DNA from: Oscillospiraceae bacterium
GTDB lineage: Bacteria > Bacillota > Clostridia > Oscillospirales > Oscillospiraceae
Length of the DNA stretch: 64,000 nt
NCBI GenBank assembly: GCA_015068035.1
Contig: SVLI01000007.1
Coordinates: 31,176-95,175, forward strand
Reading direction: 5' to 3'
Under the pieces are notes generated by a model. That model did no database searches and was not told where the DNA came from. It saw only the letters and a program-made list of their open reading frames with translations. Below are positions 52,529 to 62,819 of this stretch, piece after piece. Each line of letters starts with the position of its first letter. Positions within the stretch are counted from its first letter, which is position 1. Both the position numbers and the translations under genes were made by a program.

Positions 52529-53257
52529 ATGCTGGATATGGAGGGCGTGAAGCCCGTTTATAAGCGCATTCTGCTGAAAATCAGCGGAGAAGCTCTTGCC
52601 GGAGCCAACCGGAGAGGTTTGGACTTCGGCGTAATCGAAAAGGTCTGCACCGCGGTTAAGCAGTGTGCGGATATGGGTGTCGAGGTTGGCATCGTCGTTG
52701 GCGGCGGCAACTTCTGGCGCGGCGTGAAAGATGGCAGCGGACGCATTGAGCGCACACGTGCCGACCACATGGGCATGCTCGCAACCGTGATGAACTGCCT
52801 TGCGCTTGCCGACGTGCTCGAAAACATGGGCGCGGAAGTTCGCGTACAGACCGCGATTGAAATGAAAGCCATCGCCGAGCCGTACATCCGCCTACGTGCC
52901 ATGCAGCATCTCCGCCGGGGCCGCATCGTCATCTTCGGCTGCGGCACGGGCAGCCCGTTCTTCTCTACGGATACGGCCGCTGTGCTCAAGGCCGCCGAGA
53001 TCGGCGCCGATGCCATTCTTTTGGCCAAGAACATTGACGGCGTGTATTCCGCTGACCCGCGCATCGACCCCTCTGCCGTCAAGTATGACCGCATCAGCTA
53101 TGATGACATTCTTGCCCGTCATCTGGAGGCCATGGACTCTACCGCCACTTCCCTTTCCATGGACAACCACATCCCCGTTATCCTCTTTGCGCTGGAGGAC
53201 CCGCAGAACATCATCCGTGTCGTGAGCGGTGAAAAGATCGGCACGATCGTCGGTTAA
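52529..53257 (+). CDS. pyrH: UMP kinase
   Basis: YKRILLKISGEAL and VVGGGNFWRG are present. The ATG lies 8 nt after GGAGG. Confidence 0.95.
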   Translation: MLDMEGVKPVYKRILLKISGEALAGANRRGLDFGVIEKVCTAVKQCADMGVEVGIVVGGGNFWRGVKDGSGRIERTRADHMGMLATVMNCLALADVLENMGAEVRVQTAIEMKAIAEPYIRLRAMQHLRRGRIVIFGCGTGSPFFSTDTAAVLKAAEIGADAILLAKNIDGVYSADPRIDPSAVKYDRISYDDILARHLEAMDSTATSLSMDNHIPVILFALEDPQNIIRVVSGEKIGTIVG

Positions 53258-53317
53258 TTCCCTGCGGACGCAGATTGAATATCAACGAACTCAAATTCCA
53301 TAAGGAGGTCTTGAATT

Positions 53318-53872
53318 ATGGCAGCCGAATACCAGGAATACAAAGACAGAATGAAAAAGACGACCGAGGTGCTCTCCCAGCAGTTTGCAACTGTGCGCGC
53401 GGGACGCGCCAACGCCGGTGTACTTGACCAGATCAGCGTGGATTACTACGGCACGATGACGCCCATCCGGCAGATCGCATCCGTGGCAACGCCCGACGCC
53501 CGCACGCTGACCATTCAGCCCTGGGATCAGAACGCGCTCAAGGGCATCGAGAAAGCGATTCTCACCAGTGACCTCGGCATCAATCCGCAGAACGACGGCC
53601 GCATCATCCGCCTTGTCTTCCCGCAGCTGACCGAGGATCGCCGCAAGGAGCTGGCCAAAGTCGTGCGCAAGTACGGTGAGGACGGCAAGGTCGCCATCCG
53701 CAACATCCGTCGCGATGCAATGGATAAGTTCAAAAAGCAGCAGAAGAAGTCCGAGATCACAGAGGACGATCTCAAGGACGTGGAGAAGGATCTTCAGAAG
53801 CTGACGGATGAATACATCAAGGAAATCGACGCACTTACTTCGAAGAAAGAGAAAGAACTCTTTGACCTGTAA
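53318..53872 (+). CDS. frr: Ribosome recycling factor
   Basis: 184 aa. RAGRANAGVLD, LTEDRRKELAK and IRNIRRDA are present. Confidence 0.96.
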   Translation: MAAEYQEYKDRMKKTTEVLSQQFATVRAGRANAGVLDQISVDYYGTMTPIRQIASVATPDARTLTIQPWDQNALKGIEKAILTSDLGINPQNDGRIIRLVFPQLTEDRRKELAKVVRKYGEDGKVAIRNIRRDAMDKFKKQQKKSEITEDDLKDVEKDLQKLTDEYIKEIDALTSKKEKELFDL

Positions 53873-53873
53873 A

Positions 53874-54605
53874 ATGCGCTGGTTCAAACGTAAACAAAAG
53901 GCGGAGGAGCTCGGGCTGACCGATCTCCCCCGCCATATTGCCGTTATTATGGACGGCAACGGGCGTTGGGCGACGAAGCGCGGGCTGCCCCGCAGCGCCG
54001 GACACAGTGTCGGCGCGGAGGTTTTCCGCACGATCGCAACGCATTGCCGCGACCTCGGAATCGAGCACCTGACCGTGTACGCCTTTTCCACAGAGAACTG
54101 GTCACGACCCGCGGACGAGGTTCGCAGCATCATGAAGCTGCTGGAGAAATACCTGCGCGAGGCCATCGAGACGATGGAGCGTGACCATATCCGCCTGTGC
54201 ATTTGGGGCGACACCAGCGTTCTGTCTCCGGAGCTGCAATCGCTCATCCGCACAACAGACGACCTTTCTCAGAATTACAAAGGCTTTCAGGCCAACATCT
54301 GCATCAACTACGGCGGCAGGGACGAAATCGTGCGCGCTGCAAATCTTTGCGCGGAAAAAGGTCTTCCGATCACCGCCGAAGCGCTCTCCGGCGCGATGTA
54401 CAGCGCCGGCGTTCCCGACCCGGATCTCATCATCCGCCCGAGCGGAGAGTACCGGCTGAGCAATTTCCTGCTCTGGCAGTCGGCTTATGCAGAACTTTAT
54501 TTTACAGACACGCTGTGGCCGGATTTCACGACCGCGGATTTGGACGCCGCGATCGTAGACTATCAGCACCGCAGCCGCCGTTATGGAGGTGTCCAGTCCA
54601 AATGA
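53874..54605 (+). CDS. uppS: Isoprenyl transferase (undecaprenyl-diphosphate synthase)
   Basis: HIAVIMDGNGRWA, FSTENWSRP, NYGGRDEI and RPSGEYRLSNFLLWQ are present. Confidence 0.95.
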   Translation: MRWFKRKQKAEELGLTDLPRHIAVIMDGNGRWATKRGLPRSAGHSVGAEVFRTIATHCRDLGIEHLTVYAFSTENWSRPADEVRSIMKLLEKYLREAIETMERDHIRLCIWGDTSVLSPELQSLIRTTDDLSQNYKGFQANICINYGGRDEIVRAANLCAEKGLPITAEALSGAMYSAGVPDPDLIIRPSGEYRLSNFLLWQSAYAELYFTDTLWPDFTTADLDAAIVDYQHRSRRYGGVQSK

Positions 54606-55423
54606 TGGCCAGACTGATTGTGGCCGCGGTCGGGATTGCCGTTTTGCTCCCGGTTGTGTTTCTTTGCCCGCTTTGGGTGTTTGCCATTTTCATCGGCGCA
54701 ATCTGCGCACTGTGCGTGCGCGAGTTTCTGCGCTGTGCCGCGCCGGAGCTTCCGCTTCGCATGCGCATCGTCGGCATGGTTTTTGCCGGCATTGTGCCCT
54801 TTGCGGGCGCTTTTGGCGGACATAACGCCGTAACAGCAGCGGCAATCATGCTTTCGCTGCTGTACCTCGCTGCAGAAGTGGTCCTCTCCTTCCAGCGGGA
54901 GGAGCCCTTCTCTCTGCAGGGCATCCTTGCTTATGTGTTCTCCGTTGCGTTCATCCCGTTTATGCTCGGCGCGCTCGTGCGCGTGGGCACCGCCGGGGAA
55001 TGGTTCAGGGCCCGGCTGCTGCTCCCCTTCCTGATCGCGTTCACCTGCGATTCCGGCGCCTACTTTGTCGGCATTGCCTTCGGCAAGCACAAGCTCACGC
55101 CGAAGCTCAGCCCCAACAAGTCGCTCGAAGGCTATATCGGCGGCTTTCTGACCGGAATTGTTTGCGCGCTGCTTTATGGCGTTGTCCTCCACCTTTGCGG
55201 TGTGGAGGTTCGCTTCGTCGTGCTGATGATCTACGGCTTCCTCGGCAGCTTTGCCTGTGAGCTCGGTGACCTGTTCTTCTCTGCTGTCAAGCGGCTTTGC
55301 GACGTGAAGGACTTTGGCCACCTCATCCCTGGGCACAACGGCGTGATGGACCGCTTCGACAGCCTGGTCTTCGTTGCGCCGCTGGTTGAAGTGCTCCTGC
55401 TGTGGGTTCCCGCAATTCTCTGA
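54602..55423 (+). CDS. cdsA: Phosphatidate cytidylyltransferase
   Basis: The signature SAVKRLCDVKDFGHLIPGHNGVMDRFDS is present. An ATGA overlap joins it to uppS. Confidence 0.93.
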   Translation: MMARLIVAAVGIAVLLPVVFLCPLWVFAIFIGAICALCVREFLRCAAPELPLRMRIVGMVFAGIVPFAGAFGGHNAVTAAAIMLSLLYLAAEVVLSFQREEPFSLQGILAYVFSVAFIPFMLGALVRVGTAGEWFRARLLLPFLIAFTCDSGAYFVGIAFGKHKLTPKLSPNKSLEGYIGGFLTGIVCALLYGVVLHLCGVEVRFVVLMIYGFLGSFACELGDLFFSAVKRLCDVKDFGHLIPGHNGVMDRFDSLVFVAPLVEVLLLWVPAIL

Positions 55424-55443
55424 TCATTCCTTCGGGGGAAACT

Positions 55444-56586
55444 ATGAAAACAATTTCCATTCTCGGCTCAACCGGTTCCATCGGGCGTCAGACCATTGAG
55501 GCCGCGCAGCACCTTTCTTTGCGCGTGGCCGCGCTCGCCGGAAACCGCAACACGGCGCTCCTGGAAGAACAGGCGCGCCGTCTTCGTCCTGCGCTTCTTG
55601 CGGTTTGGGACGAGTCAAATGCCAAAGATCTTCGCATCGCGCTGGCGGACACCGATGTGCGCGTCGTTTCCGGCATGGACGGGCTTATGGAAGCCGCGTC
55701 GCTGCCGGAGGCGGAAGCCGTTGTAACCGCCGTTTCCGGTTCGGTCGGCCTTCAGCCCACGCTGTGCGCAATTCGGGAGAAAAAGCGCATCTGCCTTGCA
55801 AACAAGGAAACCCTTGTCTGCGCCGGCGAGCTTGTGATGGCCGAGGCGGCAAAGCAGGGCGCGGAGATTCTGCCTGTGGACAGCGAGCATTCCGCCATTT
55901 TTCAGTGCCTGGACGGGCACGATCCCAAAGAGGTCAAAAAGCTCCTGCTTACCGCCTCCGGCGGCCCTTTCCGTGGGAAAAAGCTGCAGGAGGTCTATTA
56001 TGCCGCGCCCGAGGATGCAATTGCCCATCCGAACTGGAGCATGGGCGCAAAAATCAGCGTGGACAGCGCCACGATGATGAACAAGGGTCTGGAGTTTATC
56101 GAGGCCATGCACCTGTTCGGCGTCACGCCGGAGCAGATTGAGGTGCTGATTCACCCGGAGAGTGTCATACACTCTATGGTGGAATATACGGACGGGAGCG
56201 TTCTGGCGCAGTGCGGCACGGCGGATATGCGCCTGCCGATCCAATACGCACTCACCTACCCCGCGCGTATGCCCTCTCTGGCCGGAAGTCTGGATTTTGC
56301 AAAGCTCGCATCGCTGCATTTCATGGCGCCGGATCTGGAAAATACGCCCTGCCTTGCCCTTGCGATCGACTGCGCGAAGCGCGGCGGCAATCTGCCTGCT
56401 GCGATGTCCGCGGCAAACGAGCTTGCCGTTTCCCGTTTCCTGAACCGGGAACTTCCGTTTGGCGCAATCTATGAATGTGTTGCCGCCGCGCTGGACAGCA
56501 TAGACATAGTAGAGAATCCGACGCTGGATGCTCTTTTAGAAACGGACCGTGCCGCGCGCGAGGCTGCGGCAGCTTTTCAAGCTTGA
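55444..56586 (+). CDS. dxr: 1-deoxy-D-xylulose-5-phosphate reductoisomerase
   Basis: ILGSTGSIG, LANKE and DSEHSAIFQC are present. Confidence 0.96.
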   Translation: MKTISILGSTGSIGRQTIEAAQHLSLRVAALAGNRNTALLEEQARRLRPALLAVWDESNAKDLRIALADTDVRVVSGMDGLMEAASLPEAEAVVTAVSGSVGLQPTLCAIREKKRICLANKETLVCAGELVMAEAAKQGAEILPVDSEHSAIFQCLDGHDPKEVKKLLLTASGGPFRGKKLQEVYYAAPEDAIAHPNWSMGAKISVDSATMMNKGLEFIEAMHLFGVTPEQIEVLIHPESVIHSMVEYTDGSVLAQCGTADMRLPIQYALTYPARMPSLAGSLDFAKLASLHFMAPDLENTPCLALAIDCAKRGGNLPAAMSAANELAVSRFLNRELPFGAIYECVAAALDSIDIVENPTLDALLETDRAAREAAAAFQA

Positions 56587-56603
56587 TTTCCATGAGGTGA
56601 AAC

Positions 56604-57668
56604 ATGTTTATTGTGGTTGCAATCATCGCCTTTGTCGTGCTGATCATTTCGCACGAGTTCGGACACTTCATTGCCGCGAAGCTCTGCGGCGTGAAAGTTC
56701 TGGAATTCTCAGTCGGCATGGGCCCGAAGCTGCTGAAAAAGCAGGGCAAGGAAACGCTCTATACGCTGCGCTTATTGCCCATTGGCGGTTTTTGCGCCAT
56801 GGAAGGCGAGGACGAGGACACCGGCGACCCGCGCGCATTCACGCAGCAGCCGGCCTGGAAACGCATCATCATTCTCTGCGCCGGCGCGGCGATGAACTTT
56901 CTGATAGGCCTCATCCTCATCTGTCTCTTGTTCTCCTCCGTCCCCAGATACGGCACAAACACCGTAGACAGCTTTATGGACGGTTGCCCCTATGTGGGCG
57001 AAAACATGCTCCAGCCCGGCGACACGATCTATTCGGTCAACGGCGAGCGCTGCTACATCAGTACCGATGTGACAACCTTTATCTCCCGCGCCGGCGGGCG
57101 CGACATTGAGGTCGTTGTCAAGCGCGGCGGCGAAAAAGTCACGCTGCATTTTGACGAACTTATCCCCACTTTGGAGCTCACGGACGAAAACGGAAACACA
57201 TCTCTCAAGTACGGTTTCAACTTCCGGGTGCAGGAGCGCAGCTTTGGCTCTCAGCTCAAATACTCGTGGTATCAGGCAATGGATTTCGTGCGCATGGTGC
57301 GGCTGAGTCTTGTGGACCTGTTCTCCGGGGCGGTGGGTGTCAAGGATCTTTCGGGCGTTGTCGGAATCGTCTCCATCATCAATGACGTCGGGCAGTCCTC
57401 TCCAAGCGTCACGGCGGCGCTGGAAAACATCGCTTATCTGGTTGCTTTCATCGCGATCAATCTGGCCGTGATGAATCTGCTTCCCATCCCGGCGCTTGAC
57501 GGCGGACGGATACTCTTTTTGATTTTGACATGGTGCATCGAGCGTATCATCCGCAGGAAGCTCGATCCCAAATACGAGGGCTATATCCACGCAGCGGGGC
57601 TTGTGCTCCTGATTGGACTGATGCTCTTTGTGATGTACAACGATATTGTGCGCATTATTACAGGATAA
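56604..57668 (+). CDS. rseP: RIP metalloprotease (site-2 protease, M50, RseP/RasP)
   Basis: HEFGHF, a PDZ-like middle region and NLLPIPALDGG are present. Confidence 0.93.
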   Translation: MFIVVAIIAFVVLIISHEFGHFIAAKLCGVKVLEFSVGMGPKLLKKQGKETLYTLRLLPIGGFCAMEGEDEDTGDPRAFTQQPAWKRIIILCAGAAMNFLIGLILICLLFSSVPRYGTNTVDSFMDGCPYVGENMLQPGDTIYSVNGERCYISTDVTTFISRAGGRDIEVVVKRGGEKVTLHFDELIPTLELTDENGNTSLKYGFNFRVQERSFGSQLKYSWYQAMDFVRMVRLSLVDLFSGAVGVKDLSGVVGIVSIINDVGQSSPSVTAALENIAYLVAFIAINLAVMNLLPIPALDGGRILFLILTWCIERIIRRKLDPKYEGYIHAAGLVLLIGLMLFVMYNDIVRIITG

Positions 57669-57685
57669 AAGCGAGGCGAAACGGC

Positions 57686-58732
57686 ATGCGAAAACAGACG
57701 AGACAAATTCACATTGGCAGCGTGGCGCTCGGCGGCGGCGCGGATGTTTCCGTGCAGTCCATGACCAACACAAAAACGAGCGACCCTTCCGCAACCCTCG
57801 CGCAAATCGCGCGCCTTGCGGAGGCCGGCTGTGATATTGTGCGCTGCGCCGTGCCGGACACTGCCGCTGCGGAAGCCATGCGGGAAATTTGCAAAAATTC
57901 TCCGATTCCGGTTGTGGCAGACATTCATTTTGATTACAAACTTGCGCTGGCCTCCGTCGAGGCGGGCGTGAGCAAAATACGCATCAACCCGGGCAACATC
58001 GGTTCGCGCGAGCGCGTCCGCGCCGTTGCGGACGCCTGCCGCGAGCGGAACATCCCCATCCGTGTCGGCGTGAACAGCGGCAGCATTGAAAAAGAACTGC
58101 TGGAAAAATACGGCCGCAGCCCGACGGCGCTGGTGGAAAGCGCGCTCGGGCACGTACGCATTCTGGAGGATGTCGGCTTTTCCGACATCTGCATTTCCCT
58201 CAAGTCCTCGGACGTGACGGAGACGGTGGAGGCTTACCGTCGGCTCGCGGAACGCGTGGACTATCCCCTGCACATCGGCGTTACGGAAGCGGGCACCGCT
58301 TATAACGGCATCATCCGCTCCTCCGTCGGCATCGGAACCCTGCTCATGGAGGGCATCGGCGACACGCTGCGCGTGTCCCTCACGGCCGACCCGATGGAGG
58401 AAATCCACGCCGGAATCGCCATTTTGAAAGCCGTCGGCCTGCGCAGGGACGGCGTGCGCGTGATCTCCTGCCCCACCTGCGGACGGACGCAGATTGACCT
58501 GATCCCGCTTGCCAACGAGGTGGAGAAAGCGCTCTCCCATGTGAAGAAAAGCCTGACGGTGGCCGTTATGGGCTGCGTCGTCAACGGCCCGGGCGAAGCG
58601 CGCGAGGCGGATTACGGCATCGCCGGCGGCAAAGACGAGGGGCTTCTCTTCCGCAAGGGAGTTGTCATCGGAAAAGTGCCGGCGGACAAGCTCTGCGCAG
58701 CGCTTCTGGATTTGATCGAATCGGACGAGTGA
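57686..58732 (+). CDS. ispG: 4-hydroxy-3-methylbut-2-enyl-diphosphate synthase
   Basis: VQSMTNT, RINPGNIG and ISCPTCGRT are present. The ATG at 57686 lies inside the longer track ORF. Confidence 0.95.
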   Translation: MRKQTRQIHIGSVALGGGADVSVQSMTNTKTSDPSATLAQIARLAEAGCDIVRCAVPDTAAAEAMREICKNSPIPVVADIHFDYKLALASVEAGVSKIRINPGNIGSRERVRAVADACRERNIPIRVGVNSGSIEKELLEKYGRSPTALVESALGHVRILEDVGFSDICISLKSSDVTETVEAYRRLAERVDYPLHIGVTEAGTAYNGIIRSSVGIGTLLMEGIGDTLRVSLTADPMEEIHAGIAILKAVGLRRDGVRVISCPTCGRTQIDLIPLANEVEKALSHVKKSLTVAVMGCVVNGPGEAREADYGIAGGKDEGLLFRKGVVIGKVPADKLCAALLDLIESDE

Positions 58733-58739
58733 GGTACAT

Positions 58740-61700
58740 ATGGATAAAATCACTCCATTTTTAGATATTTTTTCCTGCTGCGGAGCACTTTCGGCCTCCT
58801 GCGGCGGGCTGGAAAAGGCAACAGTGCATCAGGTGACCGTCAATCGGGAGCGGATGTCCATGGTTGCGGATGTTGTGTTTGCCCAGACACCGCTTGCCTC
58901 CGAGCGGACGGCGCTTGAAAATTGCATCGCGGCGGAATATGGGCTGCGCAGCGTTGCGCTGCTCTCCCCCACCCCCGCACAGACGAGCGCTGCGCCCGCA
59001 GCCAAAGAAAAGAAGCCGGCCAAAAGTGCCGACAAAAAGTCCAGCGGCAGCGTGCTGCTTGGCAAGAGCTTCCGGGAACAGGGCCTCACGCCGATCGGCG
59101 AACTGACGCGCGAGAGCGGAAACGTCACCGTCCGGGGCGAGGTTTTTGCCGTGGACAGCCGGGAGATCAAGCGGACGGGCGGCGCGGTGCTCAGCTTCTG
59201 CATCACGGATTACACCGGCTCTGTGCACGTGAGCAAATACATCCGTCCGGGAGATGACAACGGCATCATCAAGCTCGTCAAGGACGGGATGTATCTGGCC
59301 ATCAAGGGCAACATGAACTACAACCGCTATGATGAGGACATCGCGCTTGAGCCCTCCGCCATTCAGGAGTCGGCGCGGCCGCAGCGGGAGGATAACCACC
59401 CCGGCGAAAAGCGCGTGGAGCTGCATCTGCACACCCGTTTTTCCTCTTTGGACGCACTGAGCGACCCCGCCGCCGCCATCAAGACCGCAGCGCGCTGGGG
59501 ACACGAGGCCATTGCCTTCACCGATCACGGCGTTGCGCAGGCTTTTCCGGACGCCTGGCTCGCTGCGAAAAAGGCCGGCATCAAGGTCATCTACGGTCTG
59601 GAAGGCTACTATGTCAATGATGTGGACGACAAGCTCGCCGTCCACGGCGAGGATGCGCGTGCGCTGACCGACGAATTTGTTGCCTTCGATCTGGAGACAA
59701 CGGGACTCGACCAGAGAAAAGACCGCATCATCGAAATCGGCGCGGTGATCTTCCGCAAAGGCGAGTCGGTTGCAAGCTTCAACAGCTTTGTCGACCCCGA
59801 GCGGGCGCTGCCCTCCAACATCACGGAGCTCACGGGAATCACGCCGCGTGATCTGTTCGATGCGCCCAGCGAAAAGGATGCGCTGAAGGCCTTTCTGGAC
59901 TTCGTCGGTGACCGCCCGCTGGTTGCGCACAATGCAGACTTTGACGTCGGCTTTCTCATGAATGCCTGTGCGCGGCAGGGCTATGCCTACGACCCGGTCT
60001 ATGTTGACACGCTCCTGCTTTCGCAGACGCTTTTGCCCGACCTGCGGCGACACAACCTCAATGTTGTGGCCGGACGGCTCGGCCTGCCGGATTTCCGCCA
60101 CCACCGCGCAAGCGACGATGCCTATGTCTGCGCCCGCCTGTGCGAGCGTTTCTTCACCATGCTTGCGGAAAAGGGCGCTTCGTGCTTTAACGACATCCAG
60201 CCCATGATCGCAAACCTGCGCGTGGGCGACAGAAGCCGACGCACGCGGCACATCATCCTGCTCGCGCAGAACAAGACCGGCCTGAAAAACCTTTATGAGC
60301 TGATTTCCCGCTCCCATCTGGAGCATTTCCGCCGCAACCCCATCATCCCGAAAAGTCTGCTCAGTCAATACCGCGAGGGTCTGATCATCGGCTCCGCCTG
60401 CGAAGCGGGCGAGGTGTTTGCCGCGATTCTCGGCCGCCGCAGCGCAGCGGAGCAGCGCCGACTTGCCTCGTTTTACGATTATCTGGAAATCCAGCCGCGC
60501 TGCAACAACGCCTTTCTGCTCGCAGATGGCAAAGTTCCGGACGAGGAGGCGCTGCTTGATCTCAACCGCCGCGTTGTGGAACTGGCCGCCGAGCTTGGAA
60601 AACCTGTCGTCGCAACGGGCGACGTGCATTTCCTCGAGCCGGAGCATGAGGTCTATCGCCGCATCCTGCTCGCATCGAAAAAGATGAGCGACTGCGACCG
60701 GCCTCTGCCGCTCTACTTCAAAACTACAACGGAGATGCTCGAGGAGTTTGCCTATCTCGGCGAGGAGAAAGCGCATGAGGTCGTCATTGACGCGCCGCGC
60801 GCCATTGCCGAGCGCATTGAGAAGTTTGACATTCTGCCCGACGGACTGTTCACGCCGAAAATTGAAAACTCCGCTGAGGATCTGCAGGCGCTCTGCTATG
60901 AGAAAATGCACGCGCTCTACGGAGACAATCCGCCGGAGATCGTGTCTTCCCGTATGGAGACGGAGCTGCGCGACATTCTCGGGCGCAAATACGACGTCAT
61001 CTATATGTCCGCGCAAAAGCTCGTTGCCGATTCTCTTGCGCACGGCTATCTGGTCGGTTCGCGAGGCAGCGTCGGCTCGTCGCTGGTTGCCTATCTCTCC
61101 GGCATTACGGAGGTCAACTCACTCCCGGCGCACTATCGCTGCCCAAGCTGCCGCTATTCGGACTTTGAAAGCGGCAAGGACTTTGGCTGCGGCGCGGATA
61201 TGCCGGACAAGCTCTGCCCCGTTTGTGGCACGCCGCTGGATAAGGACGGTTTTGACATCCCGTTTGAAACCTTCCTCGGCTTCGGCGGTGACAAGGTGCC
61301 GGATATTGACCTGAACTTCTCCGGCGAATATCAGGCAAACGCCCACAAATACACGGAAACGCTGTTCGGGCGCGACCATGTGTTCCGCGCCGGCACGATC
61401 GGAACGCTCGCGGAAAAGACCGCCTACGGCTATGTGAAGAAATATCTGGAGGAGCGGGGCCTCACCGTCACAAAGGCGGAGGAAAACCGGCTGGCAGCCG
61501 GCTGCGTCGGCGTCAAGCGCACGACGGGACAGCACCCCGGCGGCCTTGTCATCATCCCGCAGGACATGGACGTGACGGATTTCTGCCCTGTCCAGCACCC
61601 CGCGGACGACAAAGACAGCGACATCATCACAACGCATTTCGACTATCACAAGATGGAGGATAATCTCCTTAAGCTGGACGAGCTCGGCCACGATGACCCG

Positions 61701-62750
61701 ACCATGATCCGCATGCTGGAGGACCTCACCGGCCTGGACGCCAAGAAAATCCATCTTGGCGAGCCGGAAACCATGGGCATTTTCTGCTCCCCCGCCCCGC
61801 TCGGCCTGCCCGACGACGATCCCATCATCGGCAAAACCGGCACAATCGGCGTTCCGGAATTCGGCACACCCTTCACACGTCAGATGCTGGTGGACACGCT
61901 GCCGAAGAGTTTTGACACGCTGGTGCGTCTTTCCGGCTTCTCACACGGAACGGACGTTTGGGCCGGCAACATCCGCGAACTGATCCTCAGCGGCACGGCC
62001 ACCGTAAACGAAACCGTCGGCTGCCGTGACGACATCATGCTCTATCTCATCTCTGTCGGCATCGATCCGAAGCGCGCGTTCAAATTCATGGAGGCCGTGC
62101 GTAAGGGCGCAATCCACAAGGGCAAGTCCTGGCCGGACGGCATTGTTGAAGAGATGCAGGCGCACGGCGTGCCGGAATGGTACATTGAGTCCTGCCGGAA
62201 GATCCAGTATCTGTTCCCGAAGGCGCACGCGGTTGCCTATGTTATGATGGCTTTCCGCATCGCGTGGTTCAAGGTTCACAAGCCGTTGGCTTTCTACAGC
62301 GCCTATTTCTACCGCCGCAGCCAGAAAGATAGCTTTGATGCGGACATGATGCTCGGCGGCGCGGAAAAAGTACGCAACAAGATCAAAGAGATCCAGCAAA
62401 ACCCCGCTGCCACCGCCAAGGAAGAGGATCTGCTCACCACGCTTGAGGCTGTTTATGAGTTCTATATGCGCGGCTTCTCCTTTGCCGGCATTGATCTCTA
62501 CAAATCCGACGCCACGCGCTTTGTCATTGACGGCGATGCGCTGCGTCCGCCCTTTGTGGCGATCTCCGGTCTTGGCGAGACCGCCGCGCTCGATCTGATG
62601 CATTGCCGGGAAAGCGGCAAGAGTTTCCTCTCCGTTGAGGAGCTCTCCGCGGCCTGTCCCAAGGTCAGCCAGACGCATCTGGAGACGCTGCGCGCCATGG
62701 GGGCGCTCGGAGATCTGCCCGAGACCAGCCAGATGAGCCTTTTCGGCTGA
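58740..62750 (+). CDS. polC: PolC-type DNA polymerase III alpha subunit
   Basis: PHP motif is ELHLHTRFS, exonuclease motif is FVAFDLETTGL, the Zn module is CPSCRYSDF...CPVCG, and the polymerase core has PDIDLNFS. Confidence 0.97.
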   Translation: MDKITPFLDIFSCCGALSASCGGLEKATVHQVTVNRERMSMVADVVFAQTPLASERTALENCIAAEYGLRSVALLSPTPAQTSAAPAAKEKKPAKSADKKSSGSVLLGKSFREQGLTPIGELTRESGNVTVRGEVFAVDSREIKRTGGAVLSFCITDYTGSVHVSKYIRPGDDNGIIKLVKDGMYLAIKGNMNYNRYDEDIALEPSAIQESARPQREDNHPGEKRVELHLHTRFSSLDALSDPAAAIKTAARWGHEAIAFTDHGVAQAFPDAWLAAKKAGIKVIYGLEGYYVNDVDDKLAVHGEDARALTDEFVAFDLETTGLDQRKDRIIEIGAVIFRKGESVASFNSFVDPERALPSNITELTGITPRDLFDAPSEKDALKAFLDFVGDRPLVAHNADFDVGFLMNACARQGYAYDPVYVDTLLLSQTLLPDLRRHNLNVVAGRLGLPDFRHHRASDDAYVCARLCERFFTMLAEKGASCFNDIQPMIANLRVGDRSRRTRHIILLAQNKTGLKNLYELISRSHLEHFRRNPIIPKSLLSQYREGLIIGSACEAGEVFAAILGRRSAAEQRRLASFYDYLEIQPRCNNAFLLADGKVPDEEALLDLNRRVVELAAELGKPVVATGDVHFLEPEHEVYRRILLASKKMSDCDRPLPLYFKTTTEMLEEFAYLGEEKAHEVVIDAPRAIAERIEKFDILPDGLFTPKIENSAEDLQALCYEKMHALYGDNPPEIVSSRMETELRDILGRKYDVIYMSAQKLVADSLAHGYLVGSRGSVGSSLVAYLSGITEVNSLPAHYRCPSCRYSDFESGKDFGCGADMPDKLCPVCGTPLDKDGFDIPFETFLGFGGDKVPDIDLNFSGEYQANAHKYTETLFGRDHVFRAGTIGTLAEKTAYGYVKKYLEERGLTVTKAEENRLAAGCVGVKRTTGQHPGGLVIIPQDMDVTDFCPVQHPADDKDSDIITTHFDYHKMEDNLLKLDELGHDDPTMIRMLEDLTGLDAKKIHLGEPETMGIFCSPAPLGLPDDDPIIGKTGTIGVPEFGTPFTRQMLVDTLPKSFDTLVRLSGFSHGTDVWAGNIRELILSGTATVNETVGCRDDIMLYLISVGIDPKRAFKFMEAVRKGAIHKGKSWPDGIVEEMQAHGVPEWYIESCRKIQYLFPKAHAVAYVMMAFRIAWFKVHKPLAFYSAYFYRRSQKDSFDADMMLGGAEKVRNKIKEIQQNPAATAKEEDLLTTLEAVYEFYMRGFSFAGIDLYKSDATRFVIDGDALRPPFVAISGLGETAALDLMHCRESGKSFLSVEELSAACPKVSQTHLETLRAMGALGDLPETSQMSLFG

Positions 62751-62768
62751 TGCAAACCGTATAAAATA

Positions 62769-62818
62769 ACCTCCCTGTGCCGATACTTCCTGTATCATCA
62801 CAAGGGAGGTCTTTTTTT
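62769..62818 (+). terminator. Intrinsic terminator after polC whose 3' arm contains the SD of the next gene
   Basis: The stem is acctccctgtg / cacaagggaggt (11 bp, one bulge) with a 19-nt loop. C plus a T7 run follows. GTG at 62820 comes immediately after. Confidence 0.7.
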
Positions 62819-62819
62819 C

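Noticed and set aside
58761-61043. 760-aa minus-strand ORF opposite polC
   Set aside because: It is a shadow ORF antisense to a fully conserved PolC.
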